Of a stretch of 64,000 nt of DNA, positions 1-12,610 are shown piece after piece (the stretch's first letter is position 1; the number at the start of each line of letters is the position of its first letter). Both the position numbers and the translations under genes were made by a program. The notes beneath the pieces were generated by a model, which did no database searches, was not told where the DNA came from, and saw only the letters and a program-made list of their open reading frames with translations. Origin of the DNA: Oopsacas minuta (lineage: Eukaryota; Animalia; Porifera); contig JAKMXF010000013.1 of assembly GCA_024704765.1 (NCBI GenBank), forward strand, positions 1-64,000, read 5' to 3'.

Positions 1-426
1 AGGGGGTTCAGTTAAATGAATATCATATTGGATGAGAAACGAACCCGGCTTACAATAGAACACGTTTCTTCTTTGCTGTTTATCCAGCTTAATGGTCCAG
101 TACCGACTATTTGGAGACCATTGGAATATTCTAAATCTTGGCTCTTGCACCATAATTCAGCAACAGATATCCATGGATTGAAATCCAAAATTTCTGAGCC
201 CCATAAACACGAAGAAATTTGGCAGTATTATTAGTTAAATAATTTTGGGCACTCAATCACTTGTTAGAACTCTATTTTCAGATTTACTACTATACCTTGG
301 ATATTATTCATATCTTATCTTATTAATTCAATTACCGGTACATTCTTTGAATTTTGTATTAGAAATTAGGATATATTCAATTGAAATTGAAATTTGAAAT
401 ACCGCTCCCATACTTATAATTAGAGC

Positions 427-1094
427 AGGACATCCCTGCTGGTGACGAGACGTGGGTGTACTATTCAACACCATATAGCAAGTATAAGAAGAGATCATGG
501 GTGAGGGCCGATAAACAACCGGCGAAAATTCCTAGGCCCGACTTCAGAAAACCTAAGATTATGTATACAATCTTCTTCAGTAGTCATGGAATTGTCTTGC
601 AATTACCTTGTGAGATTGGCAAGGCTGTTACTGCTACTTTTACAGAGCAAGTGCTTCCAAATTTGATAAAAAATATAGAAAAGTACCGCCAAACACCGAA
701 ACTAGAGCAATGAAGATTTTTATTGATAACGTCAGTTCCCATACATCTAAGCTAACCAAAAATTTCTTCGATGAAGAAGGGTTAGAACTACTTCCCCATC
801 GACAGTACTCTCCAGACCTAGCTCCTTGAGATTTTTGGTAATTCCTCAAGCTCAAAATCTACCTTCAAGGCAAAGATTTTACCATATTACGAGCACTCGG
901 TACGTGCCTGTACCAGTAATTCAAATCCACTCCCGTAGAAGAGTACAGAAATGTGTTTACAAGTGGGTGGAAAGGTTGAAACTTTGTGTATCTGCAGGAG
1001 GGGATTACTTTGAATAAATAAGGTACTGAATTAGTGTGTATAGTGTTTGTACCTTGATCTATGATATCACCCGCAAGACTTATTAAACGCCCTA
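427..1094 (+). mobile_element. mariner transposon 3' fragment, frameshifted
   Basis: GDETWVYY (first D), DNVSSH, HRQYSPDLAP (YSPDLAP motif), ends KWVERLKLCVSAGGDYFE*; mariner-type TIR end ...cttattaaacgcccta. Confidence 0.85.
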
Positions 1095-1980
1095 TATTAG
1101 TACAAATCTTTTCAATACTCTAGATGCGCCTAACAATTTTGGACAAATTCTTCCTTTGACTCAGCCTGTATCGACAATAATTTTTTGTGTTACCTTACCT
1201 GTAAGGCTAAGCACAAAGGCCATATCTAATGATTTTAATTCAGGATGGAGGCAAATAGCCATATTTAGAACCCCGAAAACTCCTAAAACAAAGATATATC
1301 AACTTATACAGCTAAACAGTCGATGATAGTCCTGAAAGGTGTCGACCATCCTCCAAATGGACACATCAGGGCTGCAAGGGCTTAGGGGATGATGAAATAG
1401 GCCACAATAAGGCCCTATTCAAAAGTTCCGCACCAGACATCTGTAGACCCGCAGATAAAAGTATCTCAGTGAGGGAGCTCTAAGCTATTCTATTTCTCTT
1501 GTATTTTTCTGGAGAGTCTCTCCCTTTTCAGCAGCAAATCCGCCTGGCCCAGCCAAGCTCTACCTGCTCGGACCTCAGGGGGTGAGATGGGAGAAATTGG
1601 CCCATAAATTCAAATTTTTATCAAAATACAAAATCACTGATTATTGATTATTCGGGTGAATTAGATGTTTGTGAAGTTATAGGAAAATTTTCGGACCAAA
1701 TATAGTGAATTTCGAATATAACAATTCCAATCATAGTCAATATGTGTCCCATATTTCCTATAGTCGACACAAATTGGACGATTTCCCTCAAATTTTATTC
1801 AAAACCGCTTCCTTCCGAGGTTCAATAAATTCTAATCTCCGCTTACTTTTCAAATCTGACTGAAATCAAATACAATAGACCAATTATATTTTGCAACCCA
1901 GCCCGCCGAATCAGATGGTGTTAACGGCTCGGTATAAGCCTCAGACTGTCATCATTTCCAGGGGCTTTAAATTGGCCAAG

Positions 1981-2379
1981 CTAAGCACCCCAGAATTTAC
2001 GCTGCCATCTCTCATCATGGAAATGGTCCAGCACATACTCATAAGGAGGGCATTGTACCGAACAAGTCCATCCATACTTTACCCAACTGATTCGTAGATC
2101 ATTGGCCTTGACTCGCTTGGCACGTGAACAGGGCAACAAAGAAAGTCCCCTTTGTCGCCGCCTCGCTTTTCGTTTTAATTGTTGCGTTGCTAAGCGGCGT
2201 GTGACCTCCTCGCGCTGTGTTTTCTCCCTGACCACTTTTTCGACCATCTTCTCTAAGGCCTTCCGAAACCTGTTATGTTTAGCGAGAGTTAGCATATTTT
2301 CGATATCTTCTATATCAGTTTGAGACATTTCAGTAATTATGCTTATCCTATCACAATGCATTTTACATGATACTTCCAT
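1981..2379 (-). CDS. 132-aa basic, coiled-coil-like ORF of unknown origin, possibly a TE accessory ORF
   Basis: Open, GC-richer than the flanks, charged helical sequence; no recognised motif. Confidence 0.3.
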   Translation of the reverse strand: MEVSCKMHCDRISIITEMSQTDIEDIENMLTLAKHNRFRKALEKMVEKVVREKTQREEVTRRLATQQLKRKARRRQRGLSLLPCSRAKRVKANDLRISWVKYGWTCSVQCPPYEYVLDHFHDERWQRKFWGA

Positions 2380-2602
2380 AGAGAATATGCTTATACAATA
2401 AATAAGAATATCTTGTTATGGAAATGTTTAAACGCAGGGTTATTAGACAACCACAATTACTTACATAGTCAATTAGTTACGTAGATATTATATCATACTT
2501 TGTTAGCTCAACATTTAGTTTATTTCTGCATTCACAGCGCAATATACTTATTATCTTTCTTGGTTACTCTTTGAGCTAACATAAATACAAAATAAATCTT
2601 AC

Positions 2603-2933
2603 ATGGCGTCAGGGTCCTCAGGGCTTCCGATCCCACCACTACGCGAGACCGATCGAATTGAGGACTCGGAACCTCTCTTCAGAGCGGCGGTAGGGCACAT
2701 CATGATAGAAGGCAAGGGGGGTAAAGAAGCAGTAAGCATGATACCGCGTTTGTTTGACAAAGACTAGTCGAGATAGAAGTGTCTAAAGAAGCGGTGAAAT
2801 GCGACAGCCTAGATAGTGCATTCAAGTCGCCCAAGGAAACACTCGACCCTCCCGTGGACAAAAATGAAGCAACTAAAAGACTCCATGCGATGTCATAGTG
2901 GGAGATCAAGTGGACGACTTCCTGGCAGCACCG
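2603..2933 (+). mobile_element. Probable LTR retrotransposon (Gypsy-like) gag 5' fragment, disrupted
   Basis: MASGSSGLPIPPLRETDRIEDSEPLFRAAV...KEAVSMIPRL then shifted frame ETLDPPVDKNEATKRLHAM..GDQVDDF; resembles gag N-termini from memory; cut off by the element at 2946. Confidence 0.5.
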
Positions 2934-2945
2934 TATACACAAGTA

Positions 2946-3073
2946 CAGGGTGACAATTAAGTTCTGATACACGAATATACTCTGGTTTTTCCTAAACTAG
3001 TTATTCTTTCAATCCAAATTTTCACTGACAGTTAAAGCATATTATAATGAATCTTCCTATCCAATTCTATTCG
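2946..3073 (-). mobile_element. Terminal 128 bp of a maT/Tc1-family element (same family as 56679-57177)
   Basis: TA+CAGGGTGACAATTAAGTTCTGATACACG... is the near-exact reverse complement of 57050-57177; stops at the single N at 3074. Confidence 0.9.
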
Positions 3074-3078
3074 NTGAG

Positions 3079-3470
3079 TTGAAAGTCACCCTTGTTCCTA
3101 TTCAGCAGCAAAGAGGTGGGGCGGATTGTGGTTTATTTGCAGCTGCAGTCTGTTTGACAATAGCAACGGGAGGCAACCCAACCCAAGTATACTGGAAACA
3201 GTCACGAATGAGATCTCACCTAACTGATTGTTTCAACAGCGAAATTTTAACACCCTTTCCTAAGATAAAAGCATAGTATTACGATCTCGCCTGACTACAA
3301 ATCTAGGGACAGATTTAAAGAGAAAGTGATGGTGTTTGTGTCATCTACCCAGTTGCGGGTCAAAAAATATGATTGAATGTCCCAAATGTCTTAAATGGTT
3401 CCACAAACCATGTGAGATATTGACAAAGACATCGATAACTTTTATTGTCACAATTGTCGTGAGTCTCCCA
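3079..3470 (+). mobile_element. TE-associated Ulp1/SENP-like protease C-terminus plus PHD finger, fragment
   Basis: QQQRGGADCGLFAAA (Ulp1-type Q..DCG catalytic Cys motif), followed in shifted frames by CLCHLP...MIECPKCLKWFHKPC (PHD-like). Confidence 0.6.
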
Positions 3471-5569
3471 ACATGTAAACTATTTTCATATTTTATTAAT
3501 TTGTGAGAGAATATGTAGATTTAAACAAGCTAGAAAATATCTTGTAGTGAAGTATACATTATCAATACGCATGTATGCGATTTGCTTTGCTATCCTTCTT
3601 AGTGATGAAAACAACTGCTCACAATTTGTGAGTTTAGCTTTTTCATCTCGTCAGTCTGAATTGATCTCAAAGAATAAGGGGGATTGCACTTGTGGTTTGT
3701 AGAATGGAATCGATCTATCAGAAATGTTGTCTTACGAAATACCCTGGAGTCCCGATATAAAAAATCACAAATTAATTTCTATTTGAAATCTCGACTATTT
3801 ATCATTTATAACCAATTTGTTATGTGCACTTACCTTTTCATACATGTTTTGTGTAAGTTGCAAGCATTATCATAGATGATCACTTTTGGCTGTTCTCTGA
3901 ATATGGTCATTAACAAATTATAAATTAAAACTGTAGATTCGTGTTGTCTGAGGATTTGGAAACCATAAAAATCCTGTGTTTACAAACGATTGCCACTATT
4001 CCGGGGGAAAATCTTTTGTGAATTGGAAACTTTTTGAAACACGGTTCAGCTGACTCAACTTCTAGATTTTCGTATATTGGCAACCTGTACAAGTATAGTA
4101 GAATAGTAAAATATAAAAAAGTTAAATAGCATTAAGTATTTCAGTATAAACACAAATACAAGTTTGAACTTACATGTAGTTTGTTGTGAATGCTGGGAAA
4201 TAATTATAATAGTTTTCGCTTTGTGGGGATATTCCACTAATTTTCTTGACGCTTTACTAAATAAACTCTCTATTTGTGTCAGGATTCTTTTCAACACAGC
4301 GGGAAAACTTTGGGATGTAAAGTGACAAACCCTGTGCATGTGACATCTTCATTAGGTTGATAGAATTGAATAAGATATCCAACGTATACATCTTCTGATA
4401 TATTGAATTTAAGGAATCCTCACTTACTGATTTCCATTGGCAAGAAGAGCTATTGCTTTTCGTTCATTCGGTTCCAGCAGAGAGAATTGGAATACTCCTG
4501 ATATTGGATCCGTATGGCAAAGGAGTTTTATGACTTTCTTAACGTGTATATATTCTTCATTTATAGTCACTAAATTTTCTGTCCTAATGGAACTAAATAA
4601 AATATAATCAGCCATTTCTTTATGAATAGACTTCAATAGGTCTTTTAGTGTATTTTCTGTCAAACCTTCAGAACAGTATTTAAGGAGTTGCTTTCTAATT
4701 ACTATGTCGGGGATNCTGTATAAGAAATCCCATGCTCATAATTTTTACGAAATAATTGTCCAATAATGTGTCGCCGTTGTGTCACTTTCAAATGATCCAT
4801 CTCCAGATGCTATGTTCTAAAATAATCGAAAATTGATTGAATTTGAAATCTATATACAAATAATGCATTGGTGAACAAAGATTTATGAATTTGGAAATAT
4901 CTTGTTGTTATGGTGAACTATAAAATATGTTTGAAATTTTAGTGCTCACCCGTTATCATAGATAACCTCGAAGATAGTAGCTTAGTATTATGATTACCTG
5001 TCATCAGATAGCACCTTATACAGGAGATACTCGAGAATCAGAACCTCATTAATCCGAGAATATACTAAGTTCTGGAAAATATTCAAATTTCAAAAAGACT
5101 GGTTAAGGACGTATATCTAAATCGAATGTGAATCAATCGGAGAAATATTGTGCTACACATTCTGGGAAACTTACCTGTAGTCTTAGATCATATAGATTAT
5201 CTTAATGAATTTCGCTAATCCGAACAGGTAATTTAGTAAAGGATAGTGCAGTGAGGATTAGTGAGGATGTACTGAATAAACATCTATCTACGTTAATACC
5301 TTTTAAGATACAGCTTAAGGATGAGAACTTTTGATTGCCCTACGTATACAAATATTTAAGCAAGGATTTAGTTGAACCTTTTGTAGTAGTAGTAGTATAT
5401 CTTGGCAGTATCTTTTGAGATCCAATTGGCAATATTTGTCCCATAAATGGACTGAATAGCACTATCCAAACTTCTCTTGGTTCTCCGAACAAACAAAATT
5501 TGCTTCCAACGCCCCTGGAATGTTAGGCCCTACTTCGTACCCAAACTAAGGATGTGATTAGATGTTTTA

Positions 5570-5645
5570 GGATTCGAATGCCACATTCACCCTTACTATA
5601 GTCTTGATCTGGCTCCAAGCAATTACTGGTTGTTCGGAGAATGGA
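5570..5645 (+). mobile_element. Small mariner remnant
   Basis: GFECHIHPYYSLDLAPSNYWLF, a decayed HPPYSPDLAPSDYWLF motif. Confidence 0.55.
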
Positions 5646-6169
5646 ATATAACCCTTCATAGAAGGAGAATTAATGGATTTAGGAGAGAGAGATCGGAGGT
5701 AAACTATGGGAAATAGGATCCTAATGTTTTTTCGATGCGGTAAAAAATTCAAAGGGGAATTCATCGAAAATGTGATAATGAATTAGATTGAAATGAGTTA
5801 CTAATCTAGTTGTTTGATATTTATTCCTATGAATTATGGAAAACCTAAATTGATGTTTGTATATCTATAAGTGATTTAAGGAACTGGAAGACCCCCAGAG
5901 TAGAATTAGCCATACGCAGGTAATTTGGGATGGATCGGACAAGTTCGAGTCTTGGACAAAATTTCACACTTTATGACAAATTTGTCAGCATTTGGGTATT
6001 CGAAATATTACATTATTTGACAGGACTCAGAAAAAATACATGAATGATGGTTGAAATTGGATTCATATCCACTCTAAGACTTTTCATTAATATCTACATG
6101 TCACTAGCGTACTTCGAATGCTATGTCACCAAGTGACAGCTTAGTATTCCAGGTTAGCAATGGGATTAA

Positions 6170-6680
6170 TCAGCAAATTTATATAGTGTTATTAGTCGCT
6201 ACGCGACAAATATATTCTGAACTGCGTGCTTCGAATTCACAGAATACTAGAAATGACAAGATTAAATCATCTATTGTCCATCCAAATTACATTCAAGACC
6301 TTCTGTGGTGGCACTGGCGATGCTATGTTGCTTTTGGTTAGTAATCTCGGCACTATGTGCCTCAGCAAGAAAGAAATTCTGAAATTTTTACATTTTCTTA
6401 GTCATGATGACGTAATAATCAAACATGAGGCAGCTTATGGTCAGAATCATGACTTCAGGATATTTACCACAATGAGGGGTAGCTGTGATTCAAATTTCAA
6501 ACATCATGTATATTGGCTGAGCAGTGGTTAGTCGTGTGATTTTTTGGAAACCGAAGGTGACAATCGCGTAATAATTTCGTCAGAGATGTGAATCTTCGCC
6601 CAAGGCCAGAAATTATCTGAAGCAGGTCCAAATGCCCTTGTATGCCAAAATCAGCCATGGAGGTCCTCCAGTTTCTTCAA
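6170..6680 (+). repeat. Dispersed MITE-like repeat family A, copy
   Basis: Core gatgacgtaataat...tcagaatcatgac...gattcaaattt...tatattggctgagcagtggttagtc; recurs at ~12300-12610 (+), ~28460-28740 (-), ~62900-63130 (-); boundaries approximate. Confidence 0.7.
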
Positions 6681-6700
6681 TTAATTCTGGACATACAAAC

Positions 6701-6720
6701 ATATATATATATATATATAT
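6701..6720. repeat. (AT)10 microsatellite
   Basis: Direct reading. Confidence 0.95.
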
Positions 6721-6895
6721 ACTGTATATGCTACAGTCAATGTATAAAATCAGTCAATTTACAAATTGACTGAATCATTGGTCGTGATTTTAAAGATTGA
6801 CTGAAACGTATTAAGAATTGAATTTATTGATATCAATATAAATTAATAGCATGTGATTCTTATACTGACTTAAAAGGTTCATATAGCGCTCTAAT

Positions 6896-7250
6896 TCAGA
6901 TCTTGTTGGGGCAGGCCATAGTCACGTGACACGTGGTATTACATATAAGTCCAGCATTGAAACATTTGCATTTGTTTGAAATGTATTGTTTGCCACTTTG
7001 TGACAGTTGCACTTGGCAAACCTTTGACCACCACACTTGGACCCTTGTTGAACAGAATGTCGCAGGTCTCTTTCTTTGTATGTGGATAAATCGTTCACAA
7101 AGTTCAGCGGATGGGGACACAAATCAAATTGATTTCAGCTGTGGCATATTTGTTCAAAGCTTTAGTCATCTTGTCTCGACCGCCATGGCCGCATGTAACA
7201 TGAGCGCGGTTAATGATGTCCAAAATATCATCTATGTTAGTAAAGTAAAC
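6896..7250 (-). mobile_element. Internally deleted Ginger2/KRBA2-like integrase transposon
   Basis: VYFTNIDDILDIINRAHVTCGHGGRDKMTK (integrase Zn-binding region) abuts NQFDLCP...SKCGGQRFAKCNC...KCKCFNAGLICNTTCHVTMACPNK (Cys-rich C-terminus); DDE core missing. Confidence 0.75.
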
Positions 7251-8189
7251 AAGTTATTGGGAGCATTCACTTTACATTAGAATCAACTTCTCAATATGGC
7301 CACACTAAAGAATTTCGTACCTGTAAAATATGTAAAATATGTCACTTAATTGATGCCAGCAACAGTACACAACAGTAGTGTGCATATTATTGGCACATTT
7401 TCCATGTAGAGCTAAGGAAGCCTATAACCTCATACGTACGAAGGCTCTACATAGGGAATTAGAGAACTAATTATGGTATTGTATAGAACATGTATTTGAC
7501 CTTAATCCAAGTAATACAGCCATGACTCAGGTTCTAATTGTTGAACCAATTATTATTGTTCACATACCTGCCAAGGATATAGTACTACCGGTTGGACCTC
7601 ATTGAGGTGTTAGATGCAACTTGGACCTCTTCAAGCAACAAAAATACCAGTGTTTTGTCATCAACAATGATTTGGTATCAGAGCTTTTTCGTTTCAACAT
7701 CTCCTCACAGAAAGACTTCCATAGTGTCCGTCATCTTTGAGAGCTATGAGGACAATGAAGTGTTGATTTTACCTTGCCTATTTATACTCCAAAATATTTC
7801 ACTCTAAACAAGATCCGATTAAAGGGTGGATATGTTGCCCCTGATTTGGAAATTTACACAACACCAATACATAAAGTCCCGGGAGAACCTATTTACCCTA
7901 GTGAACAATGAACATGATATCTATATTCTTATCCTTACAATTATCTTAATTTATCTAGGAATTCTATCTCCGATCTTTCTTGCAAACGTATATTTTTACA
8001 ATTTATACAAATTTGAATAAAAGAAAGAAGTTAGGTACACTATATGTCCTACATACATCATTATTTAGAGTACAAATTGGTCGTCTATGTAATTCCTAAG
8101 GAAAGTTCGGGTATTCACAACATTTTCTAAAATAATCATTATAATTTGAAATTGGATATACACAATGTACCAATAGAGATGTAAATATA

Positions 8190-9458
8190 CAGGGTGTTTC
8201 ACAATTGTTGTCCTATCAGAAATTGATTGATAATTTGAAAAGAAATTCATATATCAATACAATTACTTTCCTATATATCCTCCATTAAGTTTGATACATT
8301 TCTAATACGTTCTGGGATTCCATCAATTATGTTGTTCAAATATTTCGGTGAGACACATGACGATGCGGATTTGAGGTTTTTTCGAGAGTTTTCAAATCTC
8401 TGGCTGCTCCTTTAAATCGAGTTCTCTTTGAACAATTGACCAGAGATTTTCTATGGATTCAGATCAGGCGAATTTCCAGGCGATATTCCTTTCTCCCAAA
8501 ACATTTGATGTTGACTTTCAGCCATTCTTGTGTTTTTTGCCTTGATGAGCAGGTACACCATCTTGTTGGAAAATTGCTTCCGACATATTTTCTAACATTT
8601 TCCGTTGTAAAACGGAGCCAGTTTTTCTCTTTCTAGCCAGTGTTGATTTGAGAGTTTTCCCCAGGATCTCGCTTATGTAATAATCTGACGATATTGTTTG
8701 ACCAGGCGAAATGATATGTAGCTCAGAGACGGCACGATGCGACATCATTCCCAGACCTGAATTTTAGTGGATGTTTCGCCATTTTTATTGGTGGCTCAAC
8801 ACCAGATGCATTATGAGCCCAAATGTAATAATTTTACGATTTGGAGAATGGCATGATTCGAATGGGAACTCGTCTAAGAATAAAACCTTCCGCCAATCCT
8901 TAGCTGTCTAATTTAGCCGTTGCTTACAGAAGCAGAGTCGAGAATTTCTGTTTTTCTGTCAATAAAGGTTCCCTCTGTCGTTTGAAGGATTTCACGCCCT
9001 TGGTTTTAATCAGATAACGATACACAGTTGTACTTGAGATGGAATAATCGTGAGACTTCAGATTACGCGATAGTTTACGAGTAGATTTCCGCCTCTTACC
9101 GATTGATTTGGATATAATTATCTTTGCAGCTTTCGGAACGGACGATTTCTTCCAACACCAGTCTGGTTCTCGAGCGAATATCCACTTTGAAATAATTTCC
9201 AACATCGCCGAATGGTTCTAATGTTAATGGAGAGTTTCGATGCTATCATTTTTTGTGTCAATCCACCTTGTAGCATTCCTACAACTCGACTGCGAAGCGA
9301 AATACTATACTCTTTACCATTATTTATGAGGCAAATTGATAATGTATTTTAATTAGTCAAACCTTACAATAACCGAAAGTACTGAAATTTATCAAATCTA
9401 TTGTTGGTTTGTTAATAATATCTTAGTTATCAATAGAACATCAATTGAGAACACCCAG
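8190..9458 (-). mobile_element. Full-length degenerate Tc1-like transposon
   Basis: TA-flanked TIRs CAGGGTGTTTCACAATTG / ...caattgagaacacccag; HTH region, LFLDE, FQQDGVPAH, NSPDLNP(I)ENLW (E as third catalytic residue). Confidence 0.85.
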
Positions 9459-12299
9459 TAATAAAGGACAAGTTGTTATCACAATATTTGGGAGATATTT
9501 ATATAATTATCCCTCAACGATACTATAGTGCAAAAATTGCTGACTCATCGTGAAAAGTTCCGTGATTATAAGTGATGACATTAAATGCACCAACTTTCCT
9601 CAGTACACGGATATGGTTCTTTTCAAAATAAATCATACTTTTTGAGTATATGGTGTTTTAGTGGGGTTAATCCTCAGGCTAAGATAACACTCGTAATATC
9701 GATAGGAACATTGTACCCTACCTCACCGTCTAAATTTTCAATGGCATATTCTAAATTAGAGCAACTGTCACTAATATAATATACGAATGTTTGAATATTG
9801 GTTAGTAAATGATCATACAGATATTTACTCTTAAACACATAATACAAGGAACTAAACATAGAAATTATTTGAGTAATATCAATACAACACACAAGTTATC
9901 CGAATCAATACAAGACAACTATGTCACTTCTTATTTACATAAATTTCCTATTAATGTGAAAGCCAATGCCATGCATTAGATGGGCAGAACATAAATGGGG
10001 AATAACTATTCATTCTATTTCCTGATTGGTAGAATTTGTATCCACTCGATTCCAAAATTTACCAAGATATGTACCGATATCAGATTTAAGAAAAGCACTA
10101 CATACACTAGGAATTAAACGAAAACGGTCGCTAAAATGTTTAATTTTATGACAGCAAGAAGGTTCTGAAATCTGTTATTGTTGCGGGAATTCGTTAGTTA
10201 TCCTTTGATTATGAACGAAAACTGGGCCGTGATCGGTTATATTAGAGTAAGTTTAAATATTGCTATATCATGACGCGGTCATTTAGCCTCTTTAGTTAGT
10301 TGTCACGGCAAAGAGAGATGCTCCGGCCATACCGTGCTATTTCAATGTGAGAGAGCTTTGCCATCTAAGTTTGATGGAAATTGCTTGCCGAATGTAAATA
10401 AAAACTAAATCCATCTTAAAGCTTGTTATTCAAAAGAATCCTAGTTGATAATAAATTTCAAAAGCGTACATTGAAATTACCCCTGAATTTCAATTTACTG
10501 TAGCTCTAATTGGTTATAGAAATATTTACTTCCAAATATGTCTGCTACTTGTGTACTACTTTAAACCAATTAGAATTACACAAATTTCTCGTCTAAACAA
10601 TGTTATCATCTAAATTTTCATCAGATAGCGTACCATAAGCTATGTAATTCACAATAATCCCATCATAAGCATGACATTCAAGAGGATTGTTAATAATCAA
10701 TGTGAAGATAGAACAATTGCGATTTACATCTGCATTTGCTTTAAAATAACAACAGTTCAGTTTTATACTTTCTGTATTTCATTGATTAAAACAAAGTACA
10801 CAATTAAATTTTCCTTCCAATTTGGAAGTATATAAGCTAGTCCAATCTTTCGAAAGTATAACACAATCACCCATGATGTTAGTAATGACTTCCCATTCTA
10901 TAAAATTAAGAAAATAGTTTCGCGTACTTTGTTCCACAGCGGTGGATTCGTCAATGACTACTTCATTCAGAATATCACCATCATCTAGAGTTGGGACAAG
11001 AGACACATGATTATCGGTATATTTATTGATGACAACACTAGTTTCCGAGTGACCCATATCAGGTGATTGCTTAAATAAAACCCATTCAATTTTTTGCACT
11101 CCTCATAGAACAACCCATTAATGAGCATGAATTCGCCACTAATTCGTGGACATTCTGATATTAAAATTTTCAGTGCGTCAATCCATAGATTATCATCACA
11201 ATCAATGTAGGTCAAATGAGAGTATCGGTGAACTCAATCTGAGGAGAAGAAGAGACAGGGTACTCTTCAAACTATTAGTTCAGGCTGTTTGCAACAAGAT
11301 GCCAATAAGCCTAAAAATTTGCCATTTGGCACTCCAAGCTACCTGCACTAAAAATTTGTATCTAATTGACTACTAATTTTACTAGGATCTAAAGTATGAA
11401 AATATAATAATTAATGTGATTAGAATTATGTATTCTAGTATGTTAATTAATCTCTTAATCCTTAACCTAGGTAGTTGGTCGCAAACCATACAATAAACTC
11501 CTGAATTCGACATAATTTGAGTGAATTGATAATATAGAAATATAGTAGGATTCATCGTTATTTTGCTTAATTTACATGCTTCACGCAACTGATTTTTGAA
11601 ACTGGTACGATTAGGATATATTTGAAGTTCTATATTTCATAAGTGCCACTTTTTATGATTCAAGTAAACAATGAAAATGAAATAGATATTCTTATCTTCC
11701 AATAATCTTACATATCTAGGAATTATCCAAATTTCTCTTTTGATTAGATATGATTAGATAGCATCCCTACCCATGACTAAAAGTAAAAAGAAATTTCTAG
11801 AGCCAATCTGGAATATATGCAAAAAAGGTGTAAATAAGATTAATCATATGATAAATGATGAAGATATAGCTTCAAAAACGTCAAAATTGGATTCTAATTA
11901 CTTGATCACCAATAATTAAGAGTTGAGAGGAAATTACGAAATAATTAGAAATAATGCAAAAAGGCGTGAAAATACAAGTGATCATATGTTTATACACAAT
12001 ATCACAGAAGGAAGAAGGTACGGACTTAGCATATAGGCCATGATATCAGGACATCTCCTTATAGGAGCAACACTATAATATTGAAATAGAAATATATAAT
12101 AAAATGTAGTCAAATCAATATTCATAAAATATTTTACTAGTGATCTTTGCTTGCTAGGTCTCTGCAGGACTACAGGATTCCCCGAATTAGCACAAGTATA
12201 AAACAGCTAATTCGTTATAGTGCGACTCAATACGCTCAGCAGCACGACATGCCCCGGATTCAGCAAATGGAGGATTATTATTAAAATATCATCCATAGT

Positions 12300-12610
12300 C
12301 TAATTATAATGGATTTATGTCGTGCCAATAAAGCAGCTACGCATTTTTTTTCCTATATGTATCTCGGACTACATGACTCTATAAACTTCAAATTATCAAA
12401 GAACATAAGACTATTTTTCTACAATCAGAAGACTTTCAATGGTGAGATTGTATTTGGCCAAAATAATGATATTTGGCGTATTGAAGGGCACCTGTGATTC
12501 AAATTTTGACTTTCTAATGTATGCATATGGTTGAACTGCAGCTAATAATGTGAATTTGAAAATTTAAAAGTGACTATTATGTCCCGCTCGGGTCCTGGAA
12601 TTTGGGTTCA
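12300..12610 (+). repeat. MITE-like family A, diverged copy
   Basis: Colinear similarity to 6300-6620. Confidence 0.55.
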
